Positions 47,051-58,029 of a stretch of DNA of 64,000 bases are shown here, in pieces (positions within the stretch are counted from its first letter, which is position 1; the number at the start of each line of letters is the position of its first letter). The stretch is from Scyliorhinus canicula (Eukaryota): NCBI RefSeq assembly GCF_902713615.1, contig NC_052157.1, positions 14,618,566 through 14,682,565 of the forward strand, in the 5' to 3' direction. The notes beneath the pieces were generated by a model that saw nothing but the letters and a program-made list of their open reading frames with translations, did not search any database and had not been told where the DNA came from. Both the position numbers and the translations under genes were made by a program.

Positions 47051-47694
47051 TCTATTCATTATTGTTCCTTTAATGGAATTAACATTCCCATGACAAACAA
47101 AAATTTTTTATAATATCTTTCTTTCACTTTCTGTGACTCCAAACTCACTTTATACAGTAAAGTATCCTTTTAATGGAATTAACAGCCTCCTGACAAATCA
47201 AAGTTTAAAAAAGAAATCGTCCTTTCATTTTATTTGCATTTTAAACATATTTATAAAAGCTAATAGCATAAAACATTAACCGACCAATAAAATGTCTCCC
47301 GATGTCTCCTGTCTGCTAGACCGAAAAATAAAAGTGCAGATAAAAAGGTGTAAAAACTTTCCTAACATCGGGACAAGTGGTCCAATTCATGCTGTCCCTG
47401 CATTTTGCATTCAGCAGCTCCAGCGCAGCGCAGGACTTCAAGCGGGAAACAAAAACTGGCCGGGAGTTTGAACGCCATGCACTTCCAGCATGCATGGCCA
47501 TTAGGCCCGCACCTCCGGGTCATCACGCCACGCACGTGCGACGGACCAGCGACTTAAGTTGATGACCGGATAGGAAGTCACGGGCCGTTATATTTTAGTA
47601 TTAGGTTTTGCTGGCTTGCAGTTTTATATTAACTTTGTAGACTACAACTAGGAGCAAAAGAAATAGCATCACTGTTAAAATGAAGACACACATA

Positions 47695-48122
47695 GCGTTC
47701 ACAGCTCCAGGGTCCCAAGTTCAATTCCCAGCTTGGGTCACGGCCTGTGCGGAGCCTGCACGTTCTCCCCGTGTCTGCGTGGGCTTCCCCTGAGCACTCC
47801 GGTTTCCTCCCACAGTCCAAAAATGTGCGGGTTAGGCTTTGACAAAAGGTCATCTGGACTTGAAACATTAGCTCTTTTCTCTCCCCACAGATGCTGCCAG
47901 ACCGACTGAGATTTTCTAGCTTTTTCTCTTTTAGTTACAGGTTAGGTGGATTGGCCATGCTAAATTGCCCTTTGTGTCCAAAAAAAGGTTATATGGGGTT
48001 ACTGTGTTACAGGGATAGGGTGGAGGTGTGGGCTTGAGCAGGGTGCTCTTTAGAAGGGCCGGTGCAGACCCGATGGGCCGAATGGCCTCCTTCTGCACTG
48101 TAAATTCCAGGATCCTATGATT
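47695..48122 (+). mobile_element. HE1 V-SINE interrupted by a Penelope-derived fragment
   Basis: V-domain 47695-47836; resumes at 47940. Confidence 0.92.
47837..47939 (+). mobile_element. Penelope-derived short insert (second family), TSD GGTTAGG
   Basis: ttgacaaaaggtcatctggacttgaaacatta...ccacagatgctgccagac; duplication at 47830-36 and 47940-46. Confidence 0.72.
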
Positions 48123-49733
48123 AAAATACCTAAATGGAAACACCATCACCTGAAACTGGGTTGGTCACCTGGCTTTCATCCTGCCTTTGTTAAAACCAGA
48201 AGTGAGTGAATCGAGTGGTCCAGCTCTGGCTTTAGACTTTTTTGAATTTTAACCTCTCTGTCCCAATCCACCTGGATGTTTTGGGAGTTAAGGCTTAATT
48301 CCACTCGAGTGAAAATATGTTTGGTTTCAAGGGCAAAGGCGGTGATGATGCCAGTACCTGTTGCAGGCCTGAACTTGAAGGCCTGATCTGAATGGGAGGC
48401 CCATGATTGGGGTTTTAAGTGATATGGGTGAACTGTCAGCCTCTATTGTGTCTCCCAGGCAGTTCAGCCTTTTGTGCTGCATGATTTCAGGCCCCACCAG
48501 CAGCAAGCGTCAGGTTAGTACCGGCAATGTCAGGTCAACGGGACGGTTATGGACCAGCCTTAGCCGGCAGTCCTGTTCCTCCCAGCTCCACAGGGAGGTT
48601 ATTATATTCTCAAAATGTTCAAAAACGTGCCTTTAGTTAGCGGACATTGCTTAGGCAAAAGCAGCCACTGAAAGACGCTGGATGGGATGGGTGGAGGCCT
48701 GCCCTGTCTATCATGTTTACAGTGAGGGGACCTGAACCCACCCATTTATAAAAGTAGGGACTCAATGTTTACACTGGGTGGCTGCTAGGCATCAATTTAC
48801 ATCTTTTTCATGTGTCTGTTGGAGATCGGAGGCCGGTCCCCAAAGTTGGGCCTGACTCATGCCGAAATGTCGGGTCGAAAGGGATTTGATTTCTACCCGA
48901 CTGACCTCAATGGCCAAACCATGAGGCAAACAAAGCTGCAAATGTTGATATTACAAGCCACGGCTTGATGAGTAAAGGTCTCTGTTCACTGTTTTCCCCC
49001 TGCAGCTTTTAAAGCAGCAGCTCTCTGAATCAATCCGTGAAATAACTAGTAAATGATTGCATCTCGAACAGAAATTAAAGCTTCATAGCCAAACCCTATG
49101 AATCCAACCCTAGTCTCCTGCAATAAAAATTCCACCCTGATGGACTGGCAATGAGCCTAATTACACAGTGAGAGGGCAGAAAGTGAGACACGGTGGCTAG
49201 GAATCTCATTTGCTCCACTTCCAAGATCAGCGGAGTTTAATTGAGGGACAATTGTCAATTTACTCCACAACCGTTCGCCGGCCCTGATACAATTTTAGCA
49301 TTGACCCACGGGAAACAAATAGCTTTTGCATCAATGACTGTGTGTTAGGGTTATCAACAGCTCACAGTGGACTGCCAGCATGGTTTTGCAGCTGGAGTGT
49401 GGTTTGGAAAACCAAAACTCCCTTAGGCTTGTTTTTAAACAAAAACTTGTAAGATTTAGTAGGGTCGGGTTGTCTTTACCAGCTGGGTGTAAATTATGGG
49501 ACAAGTAAAAAGAAAGCAGAAGTATCAGGTGGGCTTTTTTATATGCATACATTCTCCTTGGCCAATCCAATCTCTTCCTTCCCTGCCAACATTACAAAGG
49601 AATTTCTGACCCAATGTTTCTCCGTTTGCTCAGTGTTGCCAAAAAGGTTACAGGTTTCCTGGGGCTGAGTTTTACCAACCCCCCCTTGTTATAATTCCTG
49701 ATAGGCAGTTGGCGAAACAAAGGCGGTGATGAA

Positions 49734-50076
49734 GAGGTGGTGGCCTAGTGGTATTGTCACTGGATTAGTAATCTAGAGTCATGTTCTGGGGACCCGAGTT
49801 CAAATCCTGCCACTGCAGATAATGAAATTCAAATTCTATGAAATTAAAATTCACATGATAATCATGAAACCATGCCACTTGTTGTAAAAGCCAATTTGGT
49901 TCACTATTGCTCTGACGGGAAGGAAATCTGCCACCCTTACCTGGTCTGGCTGACATGTGACTCCAAACCCATAACAATGGGTTGACTCTTAACTGCCCCC
50001 TCATGGGCAATTAAGGAAAAGCAATAAATGCTGGCTCACCCTGCGACGCCCACATTCCGTGAACTAATAAATAAAA
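49734..50076 (+). mobile_element. tRNA-derived SINE sharing its tail with the 7.6-9.1 kb LINE
   Basis: GTGGCCTAGTGG A box, GTTCAAATCC B box; tail gggcaatta...caataaatgctggc...gacgcccacat; second copy ~58935-59195. Confidence 0.8.
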
Positions 50077-50364
50077 ACAGTGGCAGTCTTTTCTTGGAAC
50101 ACATTTATTCACAGAGTGAACCATTATCGGTATATATCTCTGATCCACTCTCCTCCTGTGTCAGTCGGGTGTCTCTCTTTAAATGGTGAAGTAACCATCC
50201 AATCTCTCCACCTGTATGCACTTGATCTTAATTGATCCAATTAATGCTTTTGGATGATGGTGGAGGGTGCTGGTAAAATGGCGAGGGAATGTGGGTTGGA
50301 TTGCCTTTCATTTTCCTGTCTCTATGACCTTTTGTCACCAGTGAGGAATGTGGAGGACTGCCTT

Positions 50365-50700
50365 CATAGAATCCCTACAGTGCAGAAGGAAGCCATTCGG
50401 ACCATCGAGTCTGCACCGACCCTTGAATGAGCACTCCAACCAAGCCGATCGCCCCACCCTTTCCCAATAACCCCGTAACCTAACCTACACATCATTGGAC
50501 TGTAAGGGGCAATTTAGCATGACCAATCCATCCAACCTGCACATCTGTGGACTGTGGGAGGAAACCGGAGCACCCGGAGGAAACCCACGCAGACCCGGGG
50601 AGAATGTGCACGTTCCGCACAGACAGTCACCCGAGGTCAGAATCAAACCTGGGACCCTGGCACTGTGAGGCTGCAGTGCTAACCACTGTACCTTTCCACC
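50365..50700 (-). mobile_element. HE1 V-SINE
   Basis: Reverse tail, V-domain, head. Confidence 0.92.
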
Positions 50701-51333
50701 CAGAGCTGACTGAGCTACTTAAGTGGTTAACTAGGAGCGTCTGCCCACCTCTGCTGGCATTTACCAGAGGTGGGTGCACCTTCTGCCACTTGTTGAGAAT
50801 GCCAGTGAGCTCTGGTGACTTCCCTGGAGGCCTGCTGTGGGAGTGTCCCCCCTCCCCACCATGTGGAATGGCTGCTCTTATGGCAAACAACCCCTGCTTG
50901 CCCACACCAACCACTCCCCTCAACCTCACCAGTGCCAGCCTAACGCAGAGCCTATTTACTAGATGTAAGGGTGGCCTGCTCCCATGGCGCCATCTCAGCT
51001 GGGTGTATTCCCAGCAGTGGCCACTGCTCCCTGTGGCTCTACTGAAACTAAAGAGCTGTTGGTCCTCTGAGTTGACCGGTAGCCTTTGGGGGTGAGCGCC
51101 CATCTATTTAAGATATGGGAGCTTCCACAACAACTAATCAGTTGCTGGAGAGCTGGCAAATGTGAACAGGTGTCCCTCGAACAGCTGAGGCGGGTTGCCC
51201 CTGACTTGTGGGCCCATCGTCGGGGCCCGTGCTGCTCTGACAAAATTCCAGCAGTGGCCTGCTCTGAGTTAGCTGGCCGTAGCCAGGGTTATATCAATAG
51301 TTGGATTCAGAGACCCGTAGAATAGTTTGGTAG

Positions 51334-53643
51334 TGTGGTACCTTTAGGGGACCATCGTCCACGTGTCACTTGACTTGCCTGGGGTCTATCGCGTGGGAGC
51401 GTGCAAACCTTGGCCAATGGGAAGGAAGCGAGGGACACGGGGAGCAGGGAAATGTGGGCCCAGGAGTCAAGGAGTGACGACTTGTATTTCAACTGCTGTT
51501 CCTGTACATAGTTTAACCTCATTGTTAATAAAAAGCAGCCTCCTCGTCGATAATTCGTGCTGTTACATTGGCGACGAGAATAAACCGTATAAACGGTTGC
51601 GAGCGTCACAATTTCGAGGGGGAAGGGGTTGCCATTGGAAACCTCCAGAGTGGGGAAGAGAAGTGGTCAGTGAGTGAGAAACAATGCCACAAATAGGGAA
51701 ACTCAATTCTTTTGACCAGGGGCGCTTGAGTGAAATACATTCAGGGGCTTCAGTACTTTTACATTGCTAATGGGATTACTGGGGCAGACATCGTGCTGAC
51801 AGTACACTGGCCCCAGGCATGTAACCTCATTAGAAATTCAACATCCCCAATGGCCCCAGATACCAAGTCGTTTGATCAGTTAGTGCCGTTAGTGAAAGTG
51901 CATTACAGCCCCAGACTTCCACCATACTGCAACGGTATAAATTTACTTTGATCATCAGGGACCCAGGGAAGATGTATAGCCAGGCTTGGTCAAATGACTG
52001 AACACTGAATTCAGCCTCGTTTGTGACATTAGCCATCTCGTCCAAAGACAATTATTAGCCAAAACAAAAATCTCCCTGGATAAAGCGATAGAGATAGCTC
52101 AGGCTACCAAATGTGTCGAAAATTGTATTTTTGAGCTACAATGCGTGCAGGAAGATGAGGTGAATCAACTTTGGAGCAGAGTTGCTGCTGGATGAGGACC
52201 CCGAGGGATGGGTGCAGAGGAGGCCGAACCGAAATCCCAGGAGCAAGATCGTGGTCAGAAGCAAAGAAGAAAAACGGGCCGTCAGCCAGGAATTCTGATG
52301 AGTGTTACAGATGTGGGGGAGACCATCCTGCTTGCTTCAATTGGAACAGGAAGGACTACATTCAAGTACATTGCCATGCCAGACATGGTGCACCTAGTTT
52401 AAAAAAAAATGCCTTGACTCCAGTACGGAAGCATACTGAGGAAGGATTCGTGATGTACAAGTTAAACATGGTTAAATTGAGCAGGACGGCTCCCATTGAG
52501 ATAGTCCTTATGGTTAACGGGCGACCAGTGAGTACGAAGGTCGACTCAGGCGCTTCAGTCAAAGTGGTGAGTGAACAAACCTACAAGTATCAGCAAAGAG
52601 GAGTCCAACCTCTGAGAATAAGCAGCATGGTTGCTAAATTGGAAACTTATATGAGTAAAACCCTAAAGATATTAGGTACCATGACTGCTCCCGTAGCATG
52701 TCAGCACTCATCTGCTCAACTACCCATGATTGTGGAAGGTCAGGAGTCAAGTTTCATGGGGTGGGACTGGCTACTAGAGATAAAACTAAATTGGCTAGAA
52801 TTTTTTAAAATAATGGATGGTTCTTTTCAGGAGATCCTGTGCAAATACAAAGACATTTCCCAAAATGAGCTAGACTGGATACAAGGGTCAAGGCCCACAG
52901 AACCCGATTCCACACCAAAATGTTTCAGATCTCAGCCTATCCCACATACTCGACATCAGAAAGCTAAGGCCGAGTTGACACCTTTGGAGGAATTAGGGAT
53001 CATAAGACTGGTACAGTACTCGGAGTGGGCAGCCCCTAGTGTTCCTGTTCTAAAACCTGACTGGCGATTACAAAGTCACCATAAACCAAGGGGCCCAAAT
53101 CGACAAGTATCTGATCCCTTGGATAGAAGAACTTTACACAAAGGGGCCCTCACATATACAAAGATTGACTTAAGTCATGCTTACCTACAACTTGAACTAA
53201 ACAAAGACTCCAGGAATTATGCAACGATCAACACACAAGGGACCTTTCCCATATACAAGGTTGCCTTTTGGCATATCGGCCAAATGAGCAATTTTTCAAA
53301 GCCGACAGAGAACGTGCCAGAAGCAATTCCAAAAGTTGTGGTGTACTAAGGCAATGCCTTTGCTACGGGGATGTAGCAGGAAGAACATCTAGCCAGCCTG
53401 GAGGAAGTCCTTAAGAGGTTTAGAGCTGCGGGCATAAGATTTAAAAGGGAACCCCCCCTCCCCCTACAGGTCAGTGATGTTATATATTAGACAAAACACC
53501 TGCACCCTTTCAAAAATAACATAAACAATTTCAGAGAGGTTCCTGCATCGAAAAATGTTGCAGAATTAAAATCGTTTCTGGGCAGGGGCAATCACAACAG
53601 CCATTTCATCCCAAACCTGGCAACAAAATTAGTTCCATTACAC
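51334..53643 (+). mobile_element. Decayed Gypsy (Mag-like): 5' LTR 51334-51567, PBS, gag, protease, RT
   Basis: TG...ACA, AATAAA; PBS TGGCGACGAG at 51569; gag MPQIGKLNSFD, CYRCGGDH; KVDSGAS; SEWAAP, YTKIDLSHAYLQ; YLDD motif destroyed by a stop. Confidence 0.93.
52171..53349 (+). pseudogene. pol: Gypsy gag-pol remnant ORF (392 aa; protease and partial RT)
   Basis: Aspartic protease DSG motif and RT motifs with compensating frameshifts; ends at VVY*. Confidence 0.88.
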
Positions 53644-53644
53644 C

Positions 53645-54519
53645 ATGGATGTGGTATATCTGGATTTCAAGAAAGCTTTTGATAAGGTGCCACACAAACG
53701 GTTGCTGCATAAGATAAGGATGCATGGTGTTAAGGGTAAAGTAGTAACATGGATAGAAGATTGGTTAATTAATAGAAAGCAAAGAAGTGGAGATTAAGGG
53801 GTGTTTCTCTGGTTGGCAATCAGTAGCTAGTGGTGTCCCTCAGGGATCAGTGTTGGCCCACAATTGTTTACAATTTACATAGATGATTTGGAGTTGGGGA
53901 CCAAGTGCAATGTGTACAAGTTTGCAGGTGACACTGAGAGGAAATGAAAAAAATGAAATGAAAATCGCTTATTGTCACGAGTAGGCTTCAATGAAGTTAC
54001 TGTGAAAAGCCCCTAGTCACCACATTCCTGCGCCTGTTTGGGGAGGCTGGTATGGAAATCAAACTGTGCTGCTGGCCTGCCTTGCTTTAAAAGTCAGCAA
54101 TTTAGCCCAGTGTGCTAAACCAACCCCAAGGAGCAGTAAAGCAAGAAGTGCAGAGGATACTGGAAGTCTGTAGAGGGATTTGGATAGTTTAAGTCAATGG
54201 GCTAGGGTCTGGCAGATGGAATACAATGTTGACAAATGTGAGGTTATCCATTTTTGTAGGAATAATAGCAAAAGGGATTATTATCTAAATGATAAAATAT
54301 TAAAACATGCTGCTGTGCAGGGGGACCTGGGTGTCCGAGTGCATGAGTCGCAAAAAGTTGGTTTACAGGTGCAACAGGTGATTAAGAAGGCGAATGGAGT
54401 TTTGCCATTCATTGCTAGAGGGTGGAGTTTAAGACTAGGGAGGTTATGCTGCAACTGTATAAGGCATTAGTGAGGCCACACCTGGAGTATTGTGTTCAGT
54501 TTTGATCTCTTTACCTGAG
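53645..54519 (+). mobile_element. CR1 RT fragment interrupted by a SINE
   Basis: [51 protein letters not shown]. Confidence 0.93.
53942..54127 (-). mobile_element. Short tRNA-derived SINE, (TTTCA)n tail
   Basis: Family of 26571, 57853. Confidence 0.9.
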
Positions 54520-54855
54520 AAAGGGGCACACTCCTACATCCCTCCCCCTTTAAGTCCCTGATTAATACATGACACCAATAATGGAACAATTTACAATATG
54601 ATACAATAAATGGATCTCATCACAGTCCCTTATAAAGTAAGTCAGTTCGGTAACTTCCTGATCCTTTGGGGGTGTTATATTTCACGAGTGGCTGCTTCCA
54701 CAGCAGAGGTAACTTTAGTTTGATCCTCAGTGGGTTGACTTTTGACTTGCGAAGGTGTGTCCTACAGCTTTCTCCAGTTTCCCCGGAACATAACTGGGTT
54801 CTTCCTCAGGGTAGGTTGCTGCAGTATTACTTTCATCCATAGTAATATCACTGCA

Positions 54856-55072
54856 CAGTAAGACGTCTCACAACACCAGGTTAAAGTCCAACAGGTTTAT
54901 TTGGAATCACTAGCTTTTGGAGCATAGCTCCTTCATCAGGTGACTCGCCTGATGGAGGGGCTATGCTCCAAAAGCTAGTGATTCCAAATAAACCTGTTGT
55001 ACTTTAACCTGGTGCTTTAAGCCTTCTTGCTGTGCCCACCCCAATCCAACACTGGCATCTCCACATCAGGGC
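54856..55072. mobile_element. Penelope-derived palindromic mini-element, 13-bp TSD
   Basis: TSD TAATATCACTGCA (54843-55, 55073-85); inverted arms with decayed hammerhead cores on both strands. Confidence 0.88.
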
Positions 55073-55177
55073 TAATATCACTGCAGGCACACTAGGGTTG
55101 GACATCCCCATTGATTTGGTATGTGATTCTCTCCTCAAATGGCCAGTTGTTTCTTCATTATTTTCTCTTGGACAAAT

Positions 55178-55715
55178 TGTGACAAATGGAGGATTTTAGG
55201 AATATTAGTTTCTAAATATTGGGACAATTTAAGGGTAAAACGCCTGGGGTTATATGTGTTTGACTGCAGTGGTCATGTTTCTTTAAAAAGGATTTTGTTT
55301 TTTGTTATAGATTTAGAGTACCCAATTCCTTTTTTTCCCAATTAAGGGGCAATTTACTGTGGCCAATGCACCTATCCTGCACATCTTTAGGTTGTGGGGG
55401 TAAGACCCACGCAGACACGGGGAGAGAATTTTGCTTTGTAAAGGCTTGGGAGCTTCTAGGAGCCAGAGGTGGAATTAACCAAAGGAATGTGGTTTTCAGT
55501 CTGGGTTAATGCACTGTGGTGTGACTGGGGAACATCCCTGGTGAGTTAATGTACTTTTGTTCTGCAGATTTAATTTGGTTTCCAGCTTGGAGAGATGATG
55601 TCATTGCTGGGTGGAGCCAAGGGATGCAGTGAGACATTTTGAAAAGCTTTAGAGAGTCAGTTTGGAGAAGGCTTTGGAGAGAAAAGAGGCGAGGTCTGAC
55701 AGTGAGTCCACAATT
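55178..55715 (+). mobile_element. Partial LTR-like repeat with truncated poly(A)-type SINE (~55305-55425, minus strand)
   Basis: Starts TGTGAC; composition typical of an LTR U3; SINE tail atttagagtacccaatt. Confidence 0.45.
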
Positions 55716-55719
55716 CTTT

Positions 55720-56053
55720 CACAGTAGGATAGCACAATCGCTTCACAGCTCCAGGGTCCCAGGTTCGATTCTGGCTTGGGTCACTGTCTGTGCGGAGTCT
55801 GCACATCCTCCCCATGTGTGCGTGGGTTTCCTCCGGGTGCTCCGGTTTCCTCCCACAGTCCAAAGATGTGCAGGTTAGGTGGACTGGCCATGATAAATTG
55901 CCCTTAGTGTCCAAATTGCCCTTAGTGTTGGGTGGGGTTACTGGGTTATGGGGATAGGGTGGAGGTGTTAACCTTGGGTAGGGTGCTCTTTCCAGGAGCC
56001 CGTGAGACTCGATGGGCTGAATGGCCTCCTTCTGCACTGTAAATTCTATGATT
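55720..56053 (+). mobile_element. HE1 V-SINE followed by an inverted HE1 tail fragment (56051-56150)
   Basis: V-domain, duplicated aaattgcccttagtgt, tail; then reversed tail. Confidence 0.93.
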
Positions 56054-57852
56054 CGGCCCTTCGAGTCTGCAGCAACCCACTTAAGCCCTCACTTCCACCC
56101 TCTCCCCGTAACCCAATAACCCCTCCTAACCTTTTCAGGGGCAATTTTCATGGGAGTGTTCTTCCACACACCAGCAGCATTCTTCATAGCTCCTGGTCTG
56201 TGGACCTTATTCCCCATAACTCTGCACTCTTTTTCCCCGAGCCTCTTTACTCATTACTTTCTGCGCCTTCATCCCTCATGCCATGACTGCCAGCAGCTTC
56301 CTGCCAAACTTGGTGGGCCTCTCCTGTTTGCATGCTCTGCAATTCAATCCACCCCCCCCCCCCCCCCCCCCCCCCACATCCCCCTAACCCCCACTTGACA
56401 CTTTCCATAGCCTGGTTGATACCTAATGACTTCTTTAAGGTAATATCTGCCTCGGCTAAGAATGTAATTTGTATGACCATGTCATTACCACCACAGACTG
56501 GTCTGTCTCTCACCATGTCATTGAGTGCAGTCCTGAACTCGCAATGCTCAACCATTTGTTTTAGGTGCGCCACGCCACCACTATTATCTCTCCTGGGACT
56601 CTTATCATTGAACTAAATTTGTATTGTTGCATTATCACCAAGTGTTTCGAGTGATAATGCCCCTTGACCAGTTCCACCAGCTCCTCAAAAGCTTCAGAGC
56701 CAGGGGCATCTAGAGAAGTGAGACTCTTAATCAGGTCGGGGCCCACAGGCGGTTAAAGAATTGCCTGTTGCTTATCTTCCATCCACTCCCCCCACCCCAC
56801 AGTTTCATTGGCCTTACAGAAATAAAACAAGTGTTCGACACGTAGCACTCAGTGCTCGGTATTAGGATCAAATGGCTGAACTTTCCCAAAAAAGGGCATT
56901 TTGACACTCACAGAATGGTGAACAAGTTTGTTTCAAAGGAAAGGCTTCCACACAAGATCTGCTCTCCAGATTTCTGTGGCAGTAGGAAGGCACACTGACT
57001 GATGCTCGTCATCAATGTCATATCTTGAAAGACTGGTGACCGGCAAGTAGATTAATGAATAAATGGTTTATTAAAGCGAAACACTATTTACAAAGAGTAA
57101 GACAAAGGTTACCATACTCCACAACTCCAAGCTCCCAACTAACAGGGAAACCCTCCGCTCAGTCCCAGGATTCACATGCTCTGACCCCATTAGCCCTACG
57201 GGTCACACGGCCCTCTGATAACCCTTAAAAGGGCATGCAGCCACAGAAAGACACTCTTTTCCTGATCAAGGGACCCAGCATGGGGAAGGAGAAGCTGCTG
57301 AGAGCCACCCATTCCCCCTCCCCCTAGGTCCTTGATCCCAGGGAAGGCCCACCCTGTGCCTGATGGAAGCCTAATTTGACAGGCCTTCCCAGAAAGGAGG
57401 CAGCACAGAGTTCTCGTCGGCTCTCCAGCAGGTGGGTGAGACCCCTGTCACCTGTGTTAAATACCATCCAAAATCGCTTTTGTTCACTCAACAGTGACTT
57501 CTCGAGGAAAGGGGTTGTGGCGATGTTACCTGATGTTGTCAGCGATTGCGACGCCTACCAATACCTGTTGCCCAGAGTCACACATACGAATCAGCCACCT
57601 GGCTGAAGCGCCAGAAGGCTGATTATGGAGCTTTATCCAAAACTAAATCAGTACCTTCAGGAGGGAGGAGCGGAAATTGGGCTGGGGGAGGGGGGGGAAT
57701 ACTAAATATTCTAAGGTCCGGAAAGGAGTCCACACCAAGCCGAACAGGTTGAGTCAAAGGAAAAAGGTTTAATGCAACAGAACAAAAGTATATAAAGTGC
57801 AACAGAACACGAATACAGAGCAGTTACTCTATTATAGGAAGCAGCTCACATT

Positions 57853-58029
57853 TGAAATGAAAATCGCTTATTGTCACGAGTAGGCTTCAATGAAGTTACT
57901 GTGAAAAGCCCCTAGTCGCCACATTCCGGCGCCTGTTCGGGGAGGCTGGTACGGGAATCGAACCGTGCTGCTGGCCTGCTTGGTCTGCTTTAAAAGCCAG
58001 CGATTTCGCTCAGTGAACTAAACCAGCCC
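57853..58029 (-). mobile_element. Short tRNA-derived SINE, (TTTCA)n tail, young
   Basis: CpGs intact; family of 13443, 26571, 53942. Confidence 0.92.

Larger units (their letters stand above)
44317..47586. mobile_element. Candidate ~3.3-kb old non-autonomous TIR element (Harbinger-like)
   Basis: GGCCCGT...ACGGGCC ends, CpG-rich ~220-bp termini around an AT-rich core; flanks CTT / GTT. Confidence 0.4.
54520..57245 (-). mobile_element. Decayed Gypsy (Mag-like): 5' LTR 57016-57245, gag, large deletion, PPT, first ~19 bp of 3' LTR
   Basis: gag MPFFGKVQPFD, EHCEFRTALNDMVRDR; decayed PBS TGATGACGAG; PPT aaagggggaggga then TGTAG at 54538. Confidence 0.82.

Noticed and set aside
52171-53349. Domesticated Gypsy-derived gene (longest ORF, 392 aa)
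   Set aside because: Internal frameshifted segments, broken Zn knuckle and lost YxDD indicate neutral decay.
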